DNA of 64,000 nucleotides from an uncultured Bacilli bacterium. Its GTDB lineage: Bacteria > Bacillota_I > Bacilli_A > RF39 > UBA660. The notes under the pieces are model-generated. The model was not told the DNA's origin. It worked only from the letters and a program-made list of their open reading frames with translations, and did no database searches. The position numbers and the translations under genes are program-made. The stretch spans positions 274,155 to 338,154 of the forward strand of contig CAXHRJ010000002.1 in the NCBI GenBank assembly GCA_964018915.1. Direction: 5' to 3'. Shown here one piece after another: positions 50,183-59,152 of this stretch (the first letter of the stretch is position 1; each line of letters opens with the position of its first letter).

Positions 50183-50216
50183 GCCTTGAAAGGATTCCTT
50201 TCAAGGCTTTTTCTTT
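50183..50216 (+). terminator. Rho-independent terminator
   Basis: Perfect 12-bp stem AGCCTTGAAAGG/CCTTTCAAGGCT followed by TTTTC. Confidence 0.6.
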
Positions 50217-50314
50217 ACACTAGAAAATAACTTATTTGTTAAAATAGTAGAAAAATAGAATTGATTATGTTAGAATAAAAGTATAAAAAGTAGACTAAAG
50301 TTAGAGGGGGATTC

Positions 50315-50545
50315 TTGATGACAAATGAAGAACAAATGAAATTAAATGATTTAGAAAATAATGGTGCCCAAAAAGGTTTTAGTGAACAAAAATCTAATAC
50401 TATCTATGCACAGTATCTTAGATATCGCATATCATTAGAAGATAAGAAAAGTGCACTTAAATTTTCAGAATTTTGCAATTTTATGTATTCACAACAAAGT
50501 ATCAATAATTCTAGTGTAGAAGAAGTAAAGGGGAGACGTATGTAA
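50315..50545 (+). CDS. Small hypothetical protein (76 aa), paralogous to the C-terminus of the 532-aa protein
   Basis: YAQYLRYRISLEDKKSALKFSEFCNFMY matches YIRYRAALGDKRSALTFSEYARALY. RBS AGAGGGGGA. Confidence 0.45.
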   Translation: MMTNEEQMKLNDLENNGAQKGFSEQKSNTIYAQYLRYRISLEDKKSALKFSEFCNFMYSQQSINNSSVEEVKGRRM

Positions 50546-50745
50546 TGAAAGATGTAGAGGAACAGAAAAAAACTTTAAATTTAGAGACGAGAGAGTTGCT
50601 AGCTATTATGGATATGATAGATGGAAATACGAGAGAATATGAAAATTATGTTGAAAATACATTAAATGAAAGCGAGTTTTTAGATTTACAAATTAAATTA
50701 GTTTCAGAAGTTAAACATCGGCTAATTGATATATTTAGAGATTAA
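50545..50745 (+). CDS. Small hypothetical acidic helical protein (66 aa), translationally coupled
   Basis: TAATG overlap with the upstream ORF; no motif recognised. Confidence 0.4.
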   Translation: MKDVEEQKKTLNLETRELLAIMDMIDGNTREYENYVENTLNESEFLDLQIKLVSEVKHRLIDIFRD

Positions 50746-50747
50746 AT

Positions 50748-50780
50748 AAGTCTTGAAAATGCATTCAAGACTTTTCTTCT
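50748..50780 (+). terminator. Rho-independent terminator
   Basis: AAGTCTTGAA-(aatgca)-TTCAAGACTT followed by TTCTTCT. Confidence 0.5.
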
Positions 50781-50803
50781 ATTGTATATAAGGGGGGAAA
50801 TTT

Positions 50804-52300
50804 ATGTTTTTAAAAAAATGTAAAAATTGCGGTATAAAAATTCCAAGAAAAGCAAATTTCTGCCCAGGATGTGGACATCAAAAAAAGAAGAATATTGCTT
50901 TTTTCTTTTTAAAAATGTTAATCCTATTTTTATTCGTTCAAGTAATTACTACTTCTATACCAGCTATTCTTACTGGTTCTATTCTTCATTATAAATATGG
51001 GATAAATTTTGTTATAGAAGCAATTTGGGGAATGACAATTTTAATTGTTATGTTATTAAGTGGTAATTCGTATGTATTTACACAAAAAAGGGAAAAATTC
51101 TTTCAATCTTTAAAATTAGGTGCAGCTTTTTTAGGTATGACCTTTCTTATTCTGCCAGGATCTATTTCTTCTTTACAAGGAACGAGCATCTGGGTATGTA
51201 TTAATTTAATCTTGTATTGTGCAGCCATAGGAATTACAGAAGAATTTTTATGTAGGGGCTGGGTTCAAAATGAGTTCTTAGAGAGATTTGGTAAAAATAG
51301 AAAACAAGTTATTTTATCAATTGTGTTATCTTCTTTTATATTTGGTGGAATGCATATTAGTAATATTTGGAATGCTAATCAAGGAGTTTTTGAAACCTTT
51401 TTGCAAGTAATTCAAGCAACTGCTTCAGGAGCTCTCTTAGGTAGTATCTATTATCGTACAAAGAATATTTGGACAGTAGCTTTTTTACATGGTTTCTATG
51501 ATTTCGCTATTATGCTTGGAGACGTTAGTGTTATTAAATCTTGTACAACAGGAGAACCAACTCCTTCTATTGCTATGTATCATATATTTACTTCTCTTTT
51601 GGTAATTGCATTTTATGTTATTAGTTCTATGATATTACTTAGAAAGAGTACAATGAATAAAATGTTAGATGCTAATTATGAACAAAATGTAGAAGAATAT
51701 TTAGCAGAGTCTAAATTTACTAAAAACTTAAAAATGGCCTTGATTATAGTAGTGATTATCTTCTTTTTACCATTTGGAAGTAATTTAGAAGGATATGAAG
51801 ATTACTATATTTGTTATAGTTATGATGAGTTAGAAATTGGTGATTTTGATGAGCACTATTTCAATCGTCTTACTTATACTATCACATATGATACAACAGA
51901 TATTATAACAGATTTACCACTCCATTATGAATTTGAGGTTTTCTATGATGATAAAATAGGTATTCAAAATAAAATAACAAAAGAAGTTATTTATTTAAAT
52001 TATGAAAATATATATGGTTTTGAAGTAATTGATAATGAGGATACTTTTATTATTCTGATTTATGATTATGATGATGATTCAATCATCTATTATATGAAGA
52101 TGTATAAAGAACTCCTTTCTAATGATTGGCAAACTTTACAGGCAATGAAAACATCATTTCAATCTTATAGTATGCCTAATTTAGGTAAATTGGGATATTT
52201 AACAGTAGAGGAAACTAATTATAAATATCCACTTATGATATCTAGTATGGGTGATTATTTTATCATTGATGAAGAAGATGATTTATATTTATTAAGATAG
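50804..52300 (+). CDS. CPBP-family (CAAX/Abi) intramembrane metalloprotease with an N-terminal zinc ribbon and a large C-terminal soluble domain
   Basis: CKNCG...CPGCG ribbon. Multi-TM region with CPBP motifs EEFLCRGW (EExxxR), FGGMHISN (FxxxH) and HGFYDF. About 200-aa C-terminal extension. Confidence 0.65.
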   Translation: MFLKKCKNCGIKIPRKANFCPGCGHQKKKNIAFFFLKMLILFLFVQVITTSIPAILTGSILHYKYGINFVIEAIWGMTILIVMLLSGNSYVFTQKREKFFQSLKLGAAFLGMTFLILPGSISSLQGTSIWVCINLILYCAAIGITEEFLCRGWVQNEFLERFGKNRKQVILSIVLSSFIFGGMHISNIWNANQGVFETFLQVIQATASGALLGSIYYRTKNIWTVAFLHGFYDFAIMLGDVSVIKSCTTGEPTPSIAMYHIFTSLLVIAFYVISSMILLRKSTMNKMLDANYEQNVEEYLAESKFTKNLKMALIIVVIIFFLPFGSNLEGYEDYYICYSYDELEIGDFDEHYFNRLTYTITYDTTDIITDLPLHYEFEVFYDDKIGIQNKITKEVIYLNYENIYGFEVIDNEDTFIILIYDYDDDSIIYYMKMYKELLSNDWQTLQAMKTSFQSYSMPNLGKLGYLTVEETNYKYPLMISSMGDYFIIDEEDDLYLLR

Positions 52301-52418
52301 TATTATTACTACCTTTTTTGTACACAATTATGTGCATAAATTTGTAAAGAGAAAATAATCAGAAAAGATAATTGAAGTAAAAGAAGAGCAGTCATGATAT
52401 AATATAGATGGTGATGGT

Positions 52419-54008
52419 ATGAGTTTAGCTGATTTTTTAAAACCAAAAGACTTATTTTATCCTAATGTATTTTATGAGGGAGAATGGATTTTAGGGGGAG
52501 AATTTAATCCTGCTAATGTATATGAAGATTATTTATTATTAAATGCAAAAGTAGAGAATGGTGTTAATTGTTACCAAAGTTTTTTAGAAAAAAATTATTA
52601 TAGGCCTTTAACTGATATTTTAAATTCTAATAGCTTATCCCATACCTTTTTTCCTAAAATAGTATTAACAGTTAATGATCAAGAAGGAAATAGGACTGCT
52701 AATTTTGCTATGAGCGTATTTGTCTATCAACAAATATTAGGCTTACTTTTTGCTGGAGATGCTCAAAATAGGTTTCAAGAATTTATAGGAACAGTAAATA
52801 CTATCGAGGAGTGGATTCCGTTTTTAAAGCAATTATTAAAAGAAGATAGAAGAGTATACTTCGATGTTCAACAAAATCGAACAAAGTCTGCAAATTATGG
52901 AAATGTTTATCAATTATATTTAGATTATGTAAGACAATCTCAAAGCATGATGTCTTTTGATGAATTTCTAGATGGAAAAATAAGTGCTAGTACGAAACTT
53001 TTAGTATCTGCTAGATATTATCCAGAACTATTTAAAAAAGAAATTCCAAGCGAAGAATTAGTGAGTGCTTTTGATTATGATACTTTTTGTTTGGTAGCAG
53101 CTAAAAGTGCTTTAGATAGTTGTAGGACTACAGAAACGATTTCGAATTTAGTAGATAACTCTGCTGGTTATGTAAAGCTTTATTTAGATGCAGTAGAAAG
53201 AGTAAGACAAGAGAATCCTAATTATGATTGTGCTATGAAACAGCTTGATGAGAATGGCAATGTACATAAAATCAGAATACAAGATATTCAAAGAGAGTAT
53301 GAGGCACTACTTGCTAGGCATCCAGAATTTTCTTTCATTATTATAAGTGAAAATGAGGCTTCTGCTTTATTACGTAAAGAAGGAGTAGAAAAAGCAGGTA
53401 TAGATTGTTTTGATTTTAGTAAGAAAGATAATTCTGCAACTTTGGAAGCTATTTTAAAGAGATTAAAAGAGGATAGGGAATTAGCTGCTGAATGGGAGTT
53501 TATTAGAAAAGGTTCTGATGAATCAACAACTAGTATTCATCATTCCTCAGCCCTGTATCCTACGCAAGCTTTACCTGAAGATGAGAAGATAAGGCGGATG
53601 ATTGTTGGTCGTGAATATTTAGAAAATAGTGATTATGTTTATAAAATTTATGGTATTCATAAGTTTGAAGGATATATAGGTTATATTTATCCAAACGGTA
53701 CTGTTATTTTTGAAAAATATTACGAAAATATAAAAACTAAAAAGGTTGCATCTTCATCTGCTACCTATGTTATGCGTTTAGATAATTTTATGGAAATGTC
53801 AAAATTAAGTAAAACAGAAATTATTAGAATTATTCATAGGGATAGTGGAGCAAATGTAAAAAGAATCTTTCATAGAGAAAATATGGAAAGGTGGAAAAGC
53901 GATATTTTTAGAGTAATATCAGGAAGTGAGTATACAGAAGAAGTAATGAATTATATTAATGCGCTAATTTCCCGTAATGATTTGAAAAAAAGTGAGGTGA
54001 AGTCATGA
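52419..54008 (+). CDS. Hypothetical protein (529 aa)
   Basis: GGTGA RBS; an extended -10 TGaTATAAT lies upstream. No recognised motif. Confidence 0.45.
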   Translation: MSLADFLKPKDLFYPNVFYEGEWILGGEFNPANVYEDYLLLNAKVENGVNCYQSFLEKNYYRPLTDILNSNSLSHTFFPKIVLTVNDQEGNRTANFAMSVFVYQQILGLLFAGDAQNRFQEFIGTVNTIEEWIPFLKQLLKEDRRVYFDVQQNRTKSANYGNVYQLYLDYVRQSQSMMSFDEFLDGKISASTKLLVSARYYPELFKKEIPSEELVSAFDYDTFCLVAAKSALDSCRTTETISNLVDNSAGYVKLYLDAVERVRQENPNYDCAMKQLDENGNVHKIRIQDIQREYEALLARHPEFSFIIISENEASALLRKEGVEKAGIDCFDFSKKDNSATLEAILKRLKEDRELAAEWEFIRKGSDESTTSIHHSSALYPTQALPEDEKIRRMIVGREYLENSDYVYKIYGIHKFEGYIGYIYPNGTVIFEKYYENIKTKKVASSSATYVMRLDNFMEMSKLSKTEIIRIIHRDSGANVKRIFHRENMERWKSDIFRVISGSEYTEEVMNYINALISRNDLKKSEVKS

Positions 54009-54469
54009 CTTTAGAAAACTACCTATTAGGGCATATCATAGAAGAGAAACCAATAATTGAAGAGTTATTAAAAATTGATAATGCTGTTCAAAAAACAAAT
54101 TATACATATGCTACTTTTCTAAACAGAATAAGAAATGTCAAAAAATTAAATCTTTCTTTACCAGAACTTTGTAATTTTGTAACAGATGGAGATCCAGATA
54201 CTGTATATAATATTTTAATTACTTCCTCTTTTGTTAAGGGGATTCATATTGATAATTCTTTTGTTGCTCTTAATAAGTGGTTAGTAGAAAGAACGAAGGA
54301 ATATTATCAGGATAATAATAGAGAATTTAGTCTTTCTTTAGATATAGAAAAGGATTATAATAAATATATAGAAGAAGATACCAGTATTATTCTTTATGGG
54401 TTTGCCGAATTTGTAGAGGGAATGGAAGAAGTATTTCAAGATAAAAATATTGCTGTTATCAAAAAATAG
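54005..54469 (+). CDS. Hypothetical protein (154 aa), translationally coupled (ATGA overlap)
   Basis: Overlapping start and stop; no motif. Confidence 0.4.
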   Translation: MTLENYLLGHIIEEKPIIEELLKIDNAVQKTNYTYATFLNRIRNVKKLNLSLPELCNFVTDGDPDTVYNILITSSFVKGIHIDNSFVALNKWLVERTKEYYQDNNREFSLSLDIEKDYNKYIEEDTSIILYGFAEFVEGMEEVFQDKNIAVIKK

Positions 54470-54483
54470 AAAGAAGGAAATGT

Positions 54484-55227
54484 ATGCTAGAAAATAAAGT
54501 TGCTATTATAACAGGCGGAACAAGGGGAATTGGTTATGCAATCGCTAAAGTGTATGCACAAAATAAGGCTACCGTTGTTATTCTTGGCTCTAGAGAAGAA
54601 AGTGTGTCAAAAGCTTTAGAAAAGATGAGTGTAGATGTTCCAAGTGCTCAAGTTACAGGATATTATCCAAATTTATGTAATGATGCTGAAATAGAAGAAA
54701 CTTTTAGAAAAGTGAAAGAACAATATGGACATATTGACATTTTGGTAAATAATGCAGGAGTTTCTGCAAGAGATAAAATCTATGATTATAAAGTAGAAGA
54801 TTTTGAAAAGACAATGGATTTAAATGTTAATGCAGTCTTTGTCTGCTCAAAAGTAGCAGCTAAGTATATGAAAGAACAAGGTGGGGGAGTTATTTTAAAT
54901 ACAAGCTCTATGGTAAGTATTTATGGACAACCATCAGGTTCTGCTTATCCTACTAGCAAATTTGCAGTGAATGGTCTTACAAAATCTTTAGCTCGTGAAT
55001 TAGGACGCGATAATATTCGTGTAAATGCAGTAGCACCTGGTGTAACAAATACAGATATGGTTTCTGTATTACCAAAAGAAGTAATTGAACCAATTATTAA
55101 AACGATTCCACTTGGTAGGGTTGGGGAACCAGAGGATGTTGCGAATGCATTCTTATTCTTAGCCAGTGATTTAGCGTCTTATATAACTGGTGTAGTATTA
55201 TCCGTAGATGGGGCAGCTATGAGTTAA
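54484..55227 (+). CDS. SDR-family oxidoreductase (FabG-like 3-oxoacyl-ACP reductase)
   Basis: TGGTRGIG Rossmann motif, NNAG, and the catalytic S...Y..SK triad (YPTSK). Confidence 0.75.
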   Translation: MLENKVAIITGGTRGIGYAIAKVYAQNKATVVILGSREESVSKALEKMSVDVPSAQVTGYYPNLCNDAEIEETFRKVKEQYGHIDILVNNAGVSARDKIYDYKVEDFEKTMDLNVNAVFVCSKVAAKYMKEQGGGVILNTSSMVSIYGQPSGSAYPTSKFAVNGLTKSLARELGRDNIRVNAVAPGVTNTDMVSVLPKEVIEPIIKTIPLGRVGEPEDVANAFLFLASDLASYITGVVLSVDGAAMS

Positions 55228-55258
55228 GAGATACTTAGTATCTCTTTTCTTTTTTTTA
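55226..55258 (+). terminator. Rho-independent terminator
   Basis: AGAGATA-(cttag)-TATCTCT followed by a long T-run. Confidence 0.5.
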
Positions 55259-55289
55259 TGGTATACTAATAGACGAAAGAAGGTTTTCT

Positions 55290-56162
55290 ATGCTTAGAGT
55301 AAGTAATGAATGGATTGACTATGAATGTTTAGATGCAGGCAATGGAGAAAAATTAGAACGTTGGAAAGATGTTATTTTAAGACGTCCTGATCCACAAGCT
55401 ATGTGGCCACTTCTAGAGCGTGATAATAAATGGAAGAGTGCAGATGGTCACTACTTTAGAAGCAATCAAGGCGGAGGCCATTGGGAGTTTTCGAAGCAGT
55501 TACCAGAGTACTGGACAGTTAATTATAAGAACTTAACTTTTAAAGTAAGTCCTACTAATTTTAAACATACAGGATTATTTCCAGAACAAGCTACCAATTG
55601 GGATTTTATGATGGATAAAATAAAGAATAGTAATCGTCCTATTACTGTTTTGAATTTATTTGCTTATACTGGTGGTGCAACAATGGCATGTGCTAGTGCA
55701 GGTGCGATAGAAGTAGTCCATGTAGATGCTTCTAAAGGTATGACAGAATGGGCAAAAGAGAATCAAAGACTAAGTGGTTTAGAAGACTGCAAAATACGTT
55801 TTATTGTTGATGATTGTTTAAAATTTGTAGAAAGAGAAGCACGCCGTGGTAGAAAATATGATGTTATTATTATGGATCCTCCAAGTTATGGAAGAGGACC
55901 TAATGGAGAAGTATGGAAATTTGAACACAATATTCATAATCTAATTATGGCTTGTATGAAGATATTAAGTGATAAACCATTATTCTTTTTGATTAATTCT
56001 TATACAACAGGTATCTCTAGTACTGTTCTATATAATATTTTAAAAACAACTATGGAACCTAAGTATAAAGGAGTAGTGGATGCTGGAGAAGTAGGTCTTT
56101 CTATTACTAAGAATAATATGGTATTACCATGTGGAATCTATGGAAGATGGCAAGATGAATAA
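55290..56162 (+). CDS. Class I SAM-dependent methyltransferase (rRNA methyltransferase-like, RlmI/RlmK-type)
   Basis: LNLFAYTGGAT motif I-like and a DPPSY motif IV. Confidence 0.5.
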   Translation: MLRVSNEWIDYECLDAGNGEKLERWKDVILRRPDPQAMWPLLERDNKWKSADGHYFRSNQGGGHWEFSKQLPEYWTVNYKNLTFKVSPTNFKHTGLFPEQATNWDFMMDKIKNSNRPITVLNLFAYTGGATMACASAGAIEVVHVDASKGMTEWAKENQRLSGLEDCKIRFIVDDCLKFVEREARRGRKYDVIIMDPPSYGRGPNGEVWKFEHNIHNLIMACMKILSDKPLFFLINSYTTGISSTVLYNILKTTMEPKYKGVVDAGEVGLSITKNNMVLPCGIYGRWQDE

Positions 56163-56808
56163 TATTTTATATGAAGATAATCACATTATTGTAGTAGAAA
56201 AAAAAATCAATATTCCAGTACAGGAAGATGAAAGTAGAGATTCAGATTTATTAACTATCATTAAAGAATATTTAAAAGAAAAATATAAAAAACCAGGAAA
56301 TGTTTATTTAGGTCTTATCCATAGGTTAGATAGACCAGTAGGTGGGATAATGGTATTTGCTAAAACTAGTAAAGCTGCTTCTCGTTTAAGTGAACAAATG
56401 CGTACTCATCAGATAAAGAAGAGATACTATGCAGTAGTAGAAGGTATTCCTAAAGAAAAAGATACTTATATTGATAAACTATATAAAGATACTAAACTAA
56501 ATAAAGTAACTGTCGACAATAGGGGAAAAGAAGCTATTCTAAACTATGAAAGAGTAAAAACGTATAAAGGATATAGTCTAGTTGCTATTACGCTTAAAAC
56601 AGGCCGTAGTCATCAAATACGGGTACAATTTAGTAGTAGAGGAACTCCGCTATATGGGGATCAAAAATATAACAAGAATGCAAAAGTAGGAGAACAGATA
56701 GCGTTATATTCCTATTATTTATCTTTTAATCATCCTACTACAAAGGAAAAGATGGAGTTTAGCTTACCATTACCAGATAGAAAACCATTTATTTATTTTA
56801 AAGATTGA
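56155..56808 (+). CDS. RluA-family pseudouridine synthase
   Basis: HRLDRPVGG catalytic motif, about 218 aa. Start MNNILYEDNHIIVV overlaps the upstream methyltransferase by 8 nt. Confidence 0.75.
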   Translation: MNNILYEDNHIIVVEKKINIPVQEDESRDSDLLTIIKEYLKEKYKKPGNVYLGLIHRLDRPVGGIMVFAKTSKAASRLSEQMRTHQIKKRYYAVVEGIPKEKDTYIDKLYKDTKLNKVTVDNRGKEAILNYERVKTYKGYSLVAITLKTGRSHQIRVQFSSRGTPLYGDQKYNKNAKVGEQIALYSYYLSFNHPTTKEKMEFSLPLPDRKPFIYFKD

Positions 56809-56823
56809 TTTATTAGGAGCATT

Positions 56824-57415
56824 ATGAAAAAGGTGTTTGTAGTAGTTATCATATTATTTTTGTTTCCAATAGGAGTAGAAGCTTCTAGGGGATGTTGTTC
56901 TCACCATGGTGTGTAGTGCAGATGGTAGGCAAGTGTGTAAAGATGGTACTTTAAGTCCTTCTTGTACTTGTACTCCTCCAACTGTTTATGAATGTATGGA
57001 TAGTAGTGCGAAAAATTATAATCCTAAAGCCAATAAAAGTAATGGAAAATGTACTTATTATGTAAAAGGATGCACAGACGAAAATTCTATCAATTATAAT
57101 TCTAAAGCAGAAAAAGATGACGGAAGCTGTGTAAAAAAGGTTTCTGGTTGCACTGATGAAAATGCACTTAATTATAATAGTAAGGCAAATGTAGACGATG
57201 GAAACTGTGAGTATAGACAAGTAGAAATAAAAGATAATGTGGAAGAAAAAGATTCAAATTCTAATCAATTGCAAAGTACTAATGAAAATCGTTTGGATGA
57301 TATAAAGGAAGAAAAAGTAGCAGATTCAGAAGATAGCGGTTCAGCTGCTATAAGTTTGGGAATTCTAGGAGTTGCAGGATATTTTATTGGAAAAAGCAGA
57401 AAAAATAAAAAATAA
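56824..57415 (+). pseudogene. Secreted/anchored Cys-rich repeat protein interrupted by a +1 frame discontinuity (signal-peptide ORF 56824..56916, body 56906..57415)
   Basis: AGGAG RBS before ATG 56824, which encodes MKKVFVVVIILFLFPIGVEASRGCCSHHGV then stop. The body has three C-(T/M)-D-x-N/S-x-x-NYN-x-KA-x-x-DDG-x-C repeats and a C-terminal TM anchor (AAISLGILGVAGYFIGKSRKNKK). The body's own ATG has no RBS. Confidence 0.5.
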
Positions 57416-57416
57416 A

Positions 57417-57443
57417 ATGAACATTTATATGTTCTTTTTTTAT
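57417..57443 (+). terminator. Rho-independent terminator
   Basis: GAACAT-ttat-ATGTTC followed by TTTTTTT. Confidence 0.55.
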
Positions 57444-57495
57444 ACCTAAAAGTTCTTTCTAAAATTTCTTTTCATATAGTAAAATAGGTGATTTT

Positions 57496-58143
57496 ATGCG
57501 TCATAGATTTCATATGCTATTCTTATTGATATTAATGATTTGTACATTTTCCTTTTTAAAAGTAAGAGGGAATGAAATGCCATTAGCAGGAAAAATAATT
57601 TACTTAGATGCAGGACATGGAGGAGTAGATAGTGGTGCTAATTACAAAGCCATTTTAGAAAAAGATATTAATTTATCTATTGTAAAAATATTAGCACTCA
57701 AACTAGAATCTTTAGGAGCAACCGTTTATCTTACTCGTTATGGAGATTATGATTTAAGCAATATTGGGGTATACTATAGAAAGCAAAGTGATTTATATAA
57801 TCGTGCAAAGATAATCAATGAAAGCGAAGCAGATATTTATCTATCCATTCATTTAAATTCCACTACTTCTTCTACTTGGTCTGGTGCTCAAGTGTTTTAT
57901 GATGATATTCATTCTGAAAATATGAAAATAGCTGAAATTATGACAGAGGCATTGGGAACAAAAAGAGAAGTATCAGAGATAGAAACAATGTATTTTAATA
58001 GAAGAGTGAAAGTACCTGGAGTATTGATTGAAGCAGGCTTTTTATCAAATAGTAGTGATCGAGCAAAACTTGTAAAAGAAGAATATCAAGAGGAATTAGC
58101 AGATAAAATTGTTGCTGGCGTAATGAAATATTTCATCACATAA
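57496..58143 (+). CDS. N-acetylmuramoyl-L-alanine amidase (Amidase_3 family, CwlD-like) with an N-terminal TM/signal segment
   Basis: IYLDAGHGGVDSGA... and ADIYLSIHLNS motifs. Confidence 0.65.
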   Translation: MRHRFHMLFLLILMICTFSFLKVRGNEMPLAGKIIYLDAGHGGVDSGANYKAILEKDINLSIVKILALKLESLGATVYLTRYGDYDLSNIGVYYRKQSDLYNRAKIINESEADIYLSIHLNSTTSSTWSGAQVFYDDIHSENMKIAEIMTEALGTKREVSEIETMYFNRRVKVPGVLIEAGFLSNSSDRAKLVKEEYQEELADKIVAGVMKYFIT

Positions 58144-58205
58144 ATTACACATAAAAGACATATTTTTTTCAAGTGTTTTGTGATATAATGTGATAAGGTG
58201 ATAGT

Positions 58206-59144
58206 ATGAGAAGTAATAAGGTATTTAAAACATTAGATGAACAAATAGATATTCTTCGTTCTAAAGGCCTTACGATAAATGATGAGGAGAAAGCAAAAGA
58301 TATTCTGCTTAAGGAAAATTATTTCTTTATTAGTGGTTATAGACATCTATTTATGAAGTCTTATAATGATGGAAAATTTTTGCAAGGAACAACATTTGAT
58401 GAATTATATGCTGTATTTCAATTTGATCGCCAAGTTCGTAATATTATGTTTAAACATATCTTGGTGGTAGAAAATAACCTTAAATCTCTCATAAGCTATG
58501 TAATGTCTAAAAAGTATGGATTTCATGAAAAAGATTATTTAAATATGAATAACTTTACACAAGATCCAATGCGTATAAGGCAAGTACATGATGTCATTGA
58601 TAAGATGAAGAGACAAATAAGAGTCAATGGTAAGCAACACAGTGCAACTAACCATTATCTTAGCAATTATGGATATATTCCTCTTTGGATTTCTGTAAAA
58701 GTGTTATCTTTTGGTATAGTATCAGAACTTTATTCCATATTAAAGGAAGAGGAACAAGAAGAAATTTCAGATATTTATAAAGTAGATATTGCATCATTAA
58801 GTATTTATTTGTCTATTTTATCAAATTATCGAAATCTTTGTGCACATGAAGATATTTTGTATGATCATCGTACCCAGAGATCTATTCCAGATACGAAGTA
58901 TCATTATCAATTAGATATCGAAAGAAATGAAGAGGGAGAATATATTTATGGGAAGAATGATTTATTCTCAGTGATTATTATTTTAAGGCAGATGTTAACG
59001 GAGGAAGAATTCAGAAATTTAGTTTATGAAGTTGGTTATGAAATTGACATATTAGATGGCAAATTAAATGTATTACCATTAAATCAGTTACTTAATAAAA
59101 TAAGTTTTCCAAATACTTGGCGGAATATTTTAGATATTCATTAG
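58206..59144 (+). CDS. Abortive-infection protein of the AbiD/AbiF (Abi_2) family
   Basis: Abi_2-like conserved C-terminal region (VLSFGIVSELYS ... YRNLCAHEDILYD). An extended -10 TGtgaTATAAT lies upstream. Confidence 0.6.
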   Translation: MRSNKVFKTLDEQIDILRSKGLTINDEEKAKDILLKENYFFISGYRHLFMKSYNDGKFLQGTTFDELYAVFQFDRQVRNIMFKHILVVENNLKSLISYVMSKKYGFHEKDYLNMNNFTQDPMRIRQVHDVIDKMKRQIRVNGKQHSATNHYLSNYGYIPLWISVKVLSFGIVSELYSILKEEEQEEISDIYKVDIASLSIYLSILSNYRNLCAHEDILYDHRTQRSIPDTKYHYQLDIERNEEGEYIYGKNDLFSVIIILRQMLTEEEFRNLVYEVGYEIDILDGKLNVLPLNQLLNKISFPNTWRNILDIH

Positions 59145-59152
59145 GAGGTAAT

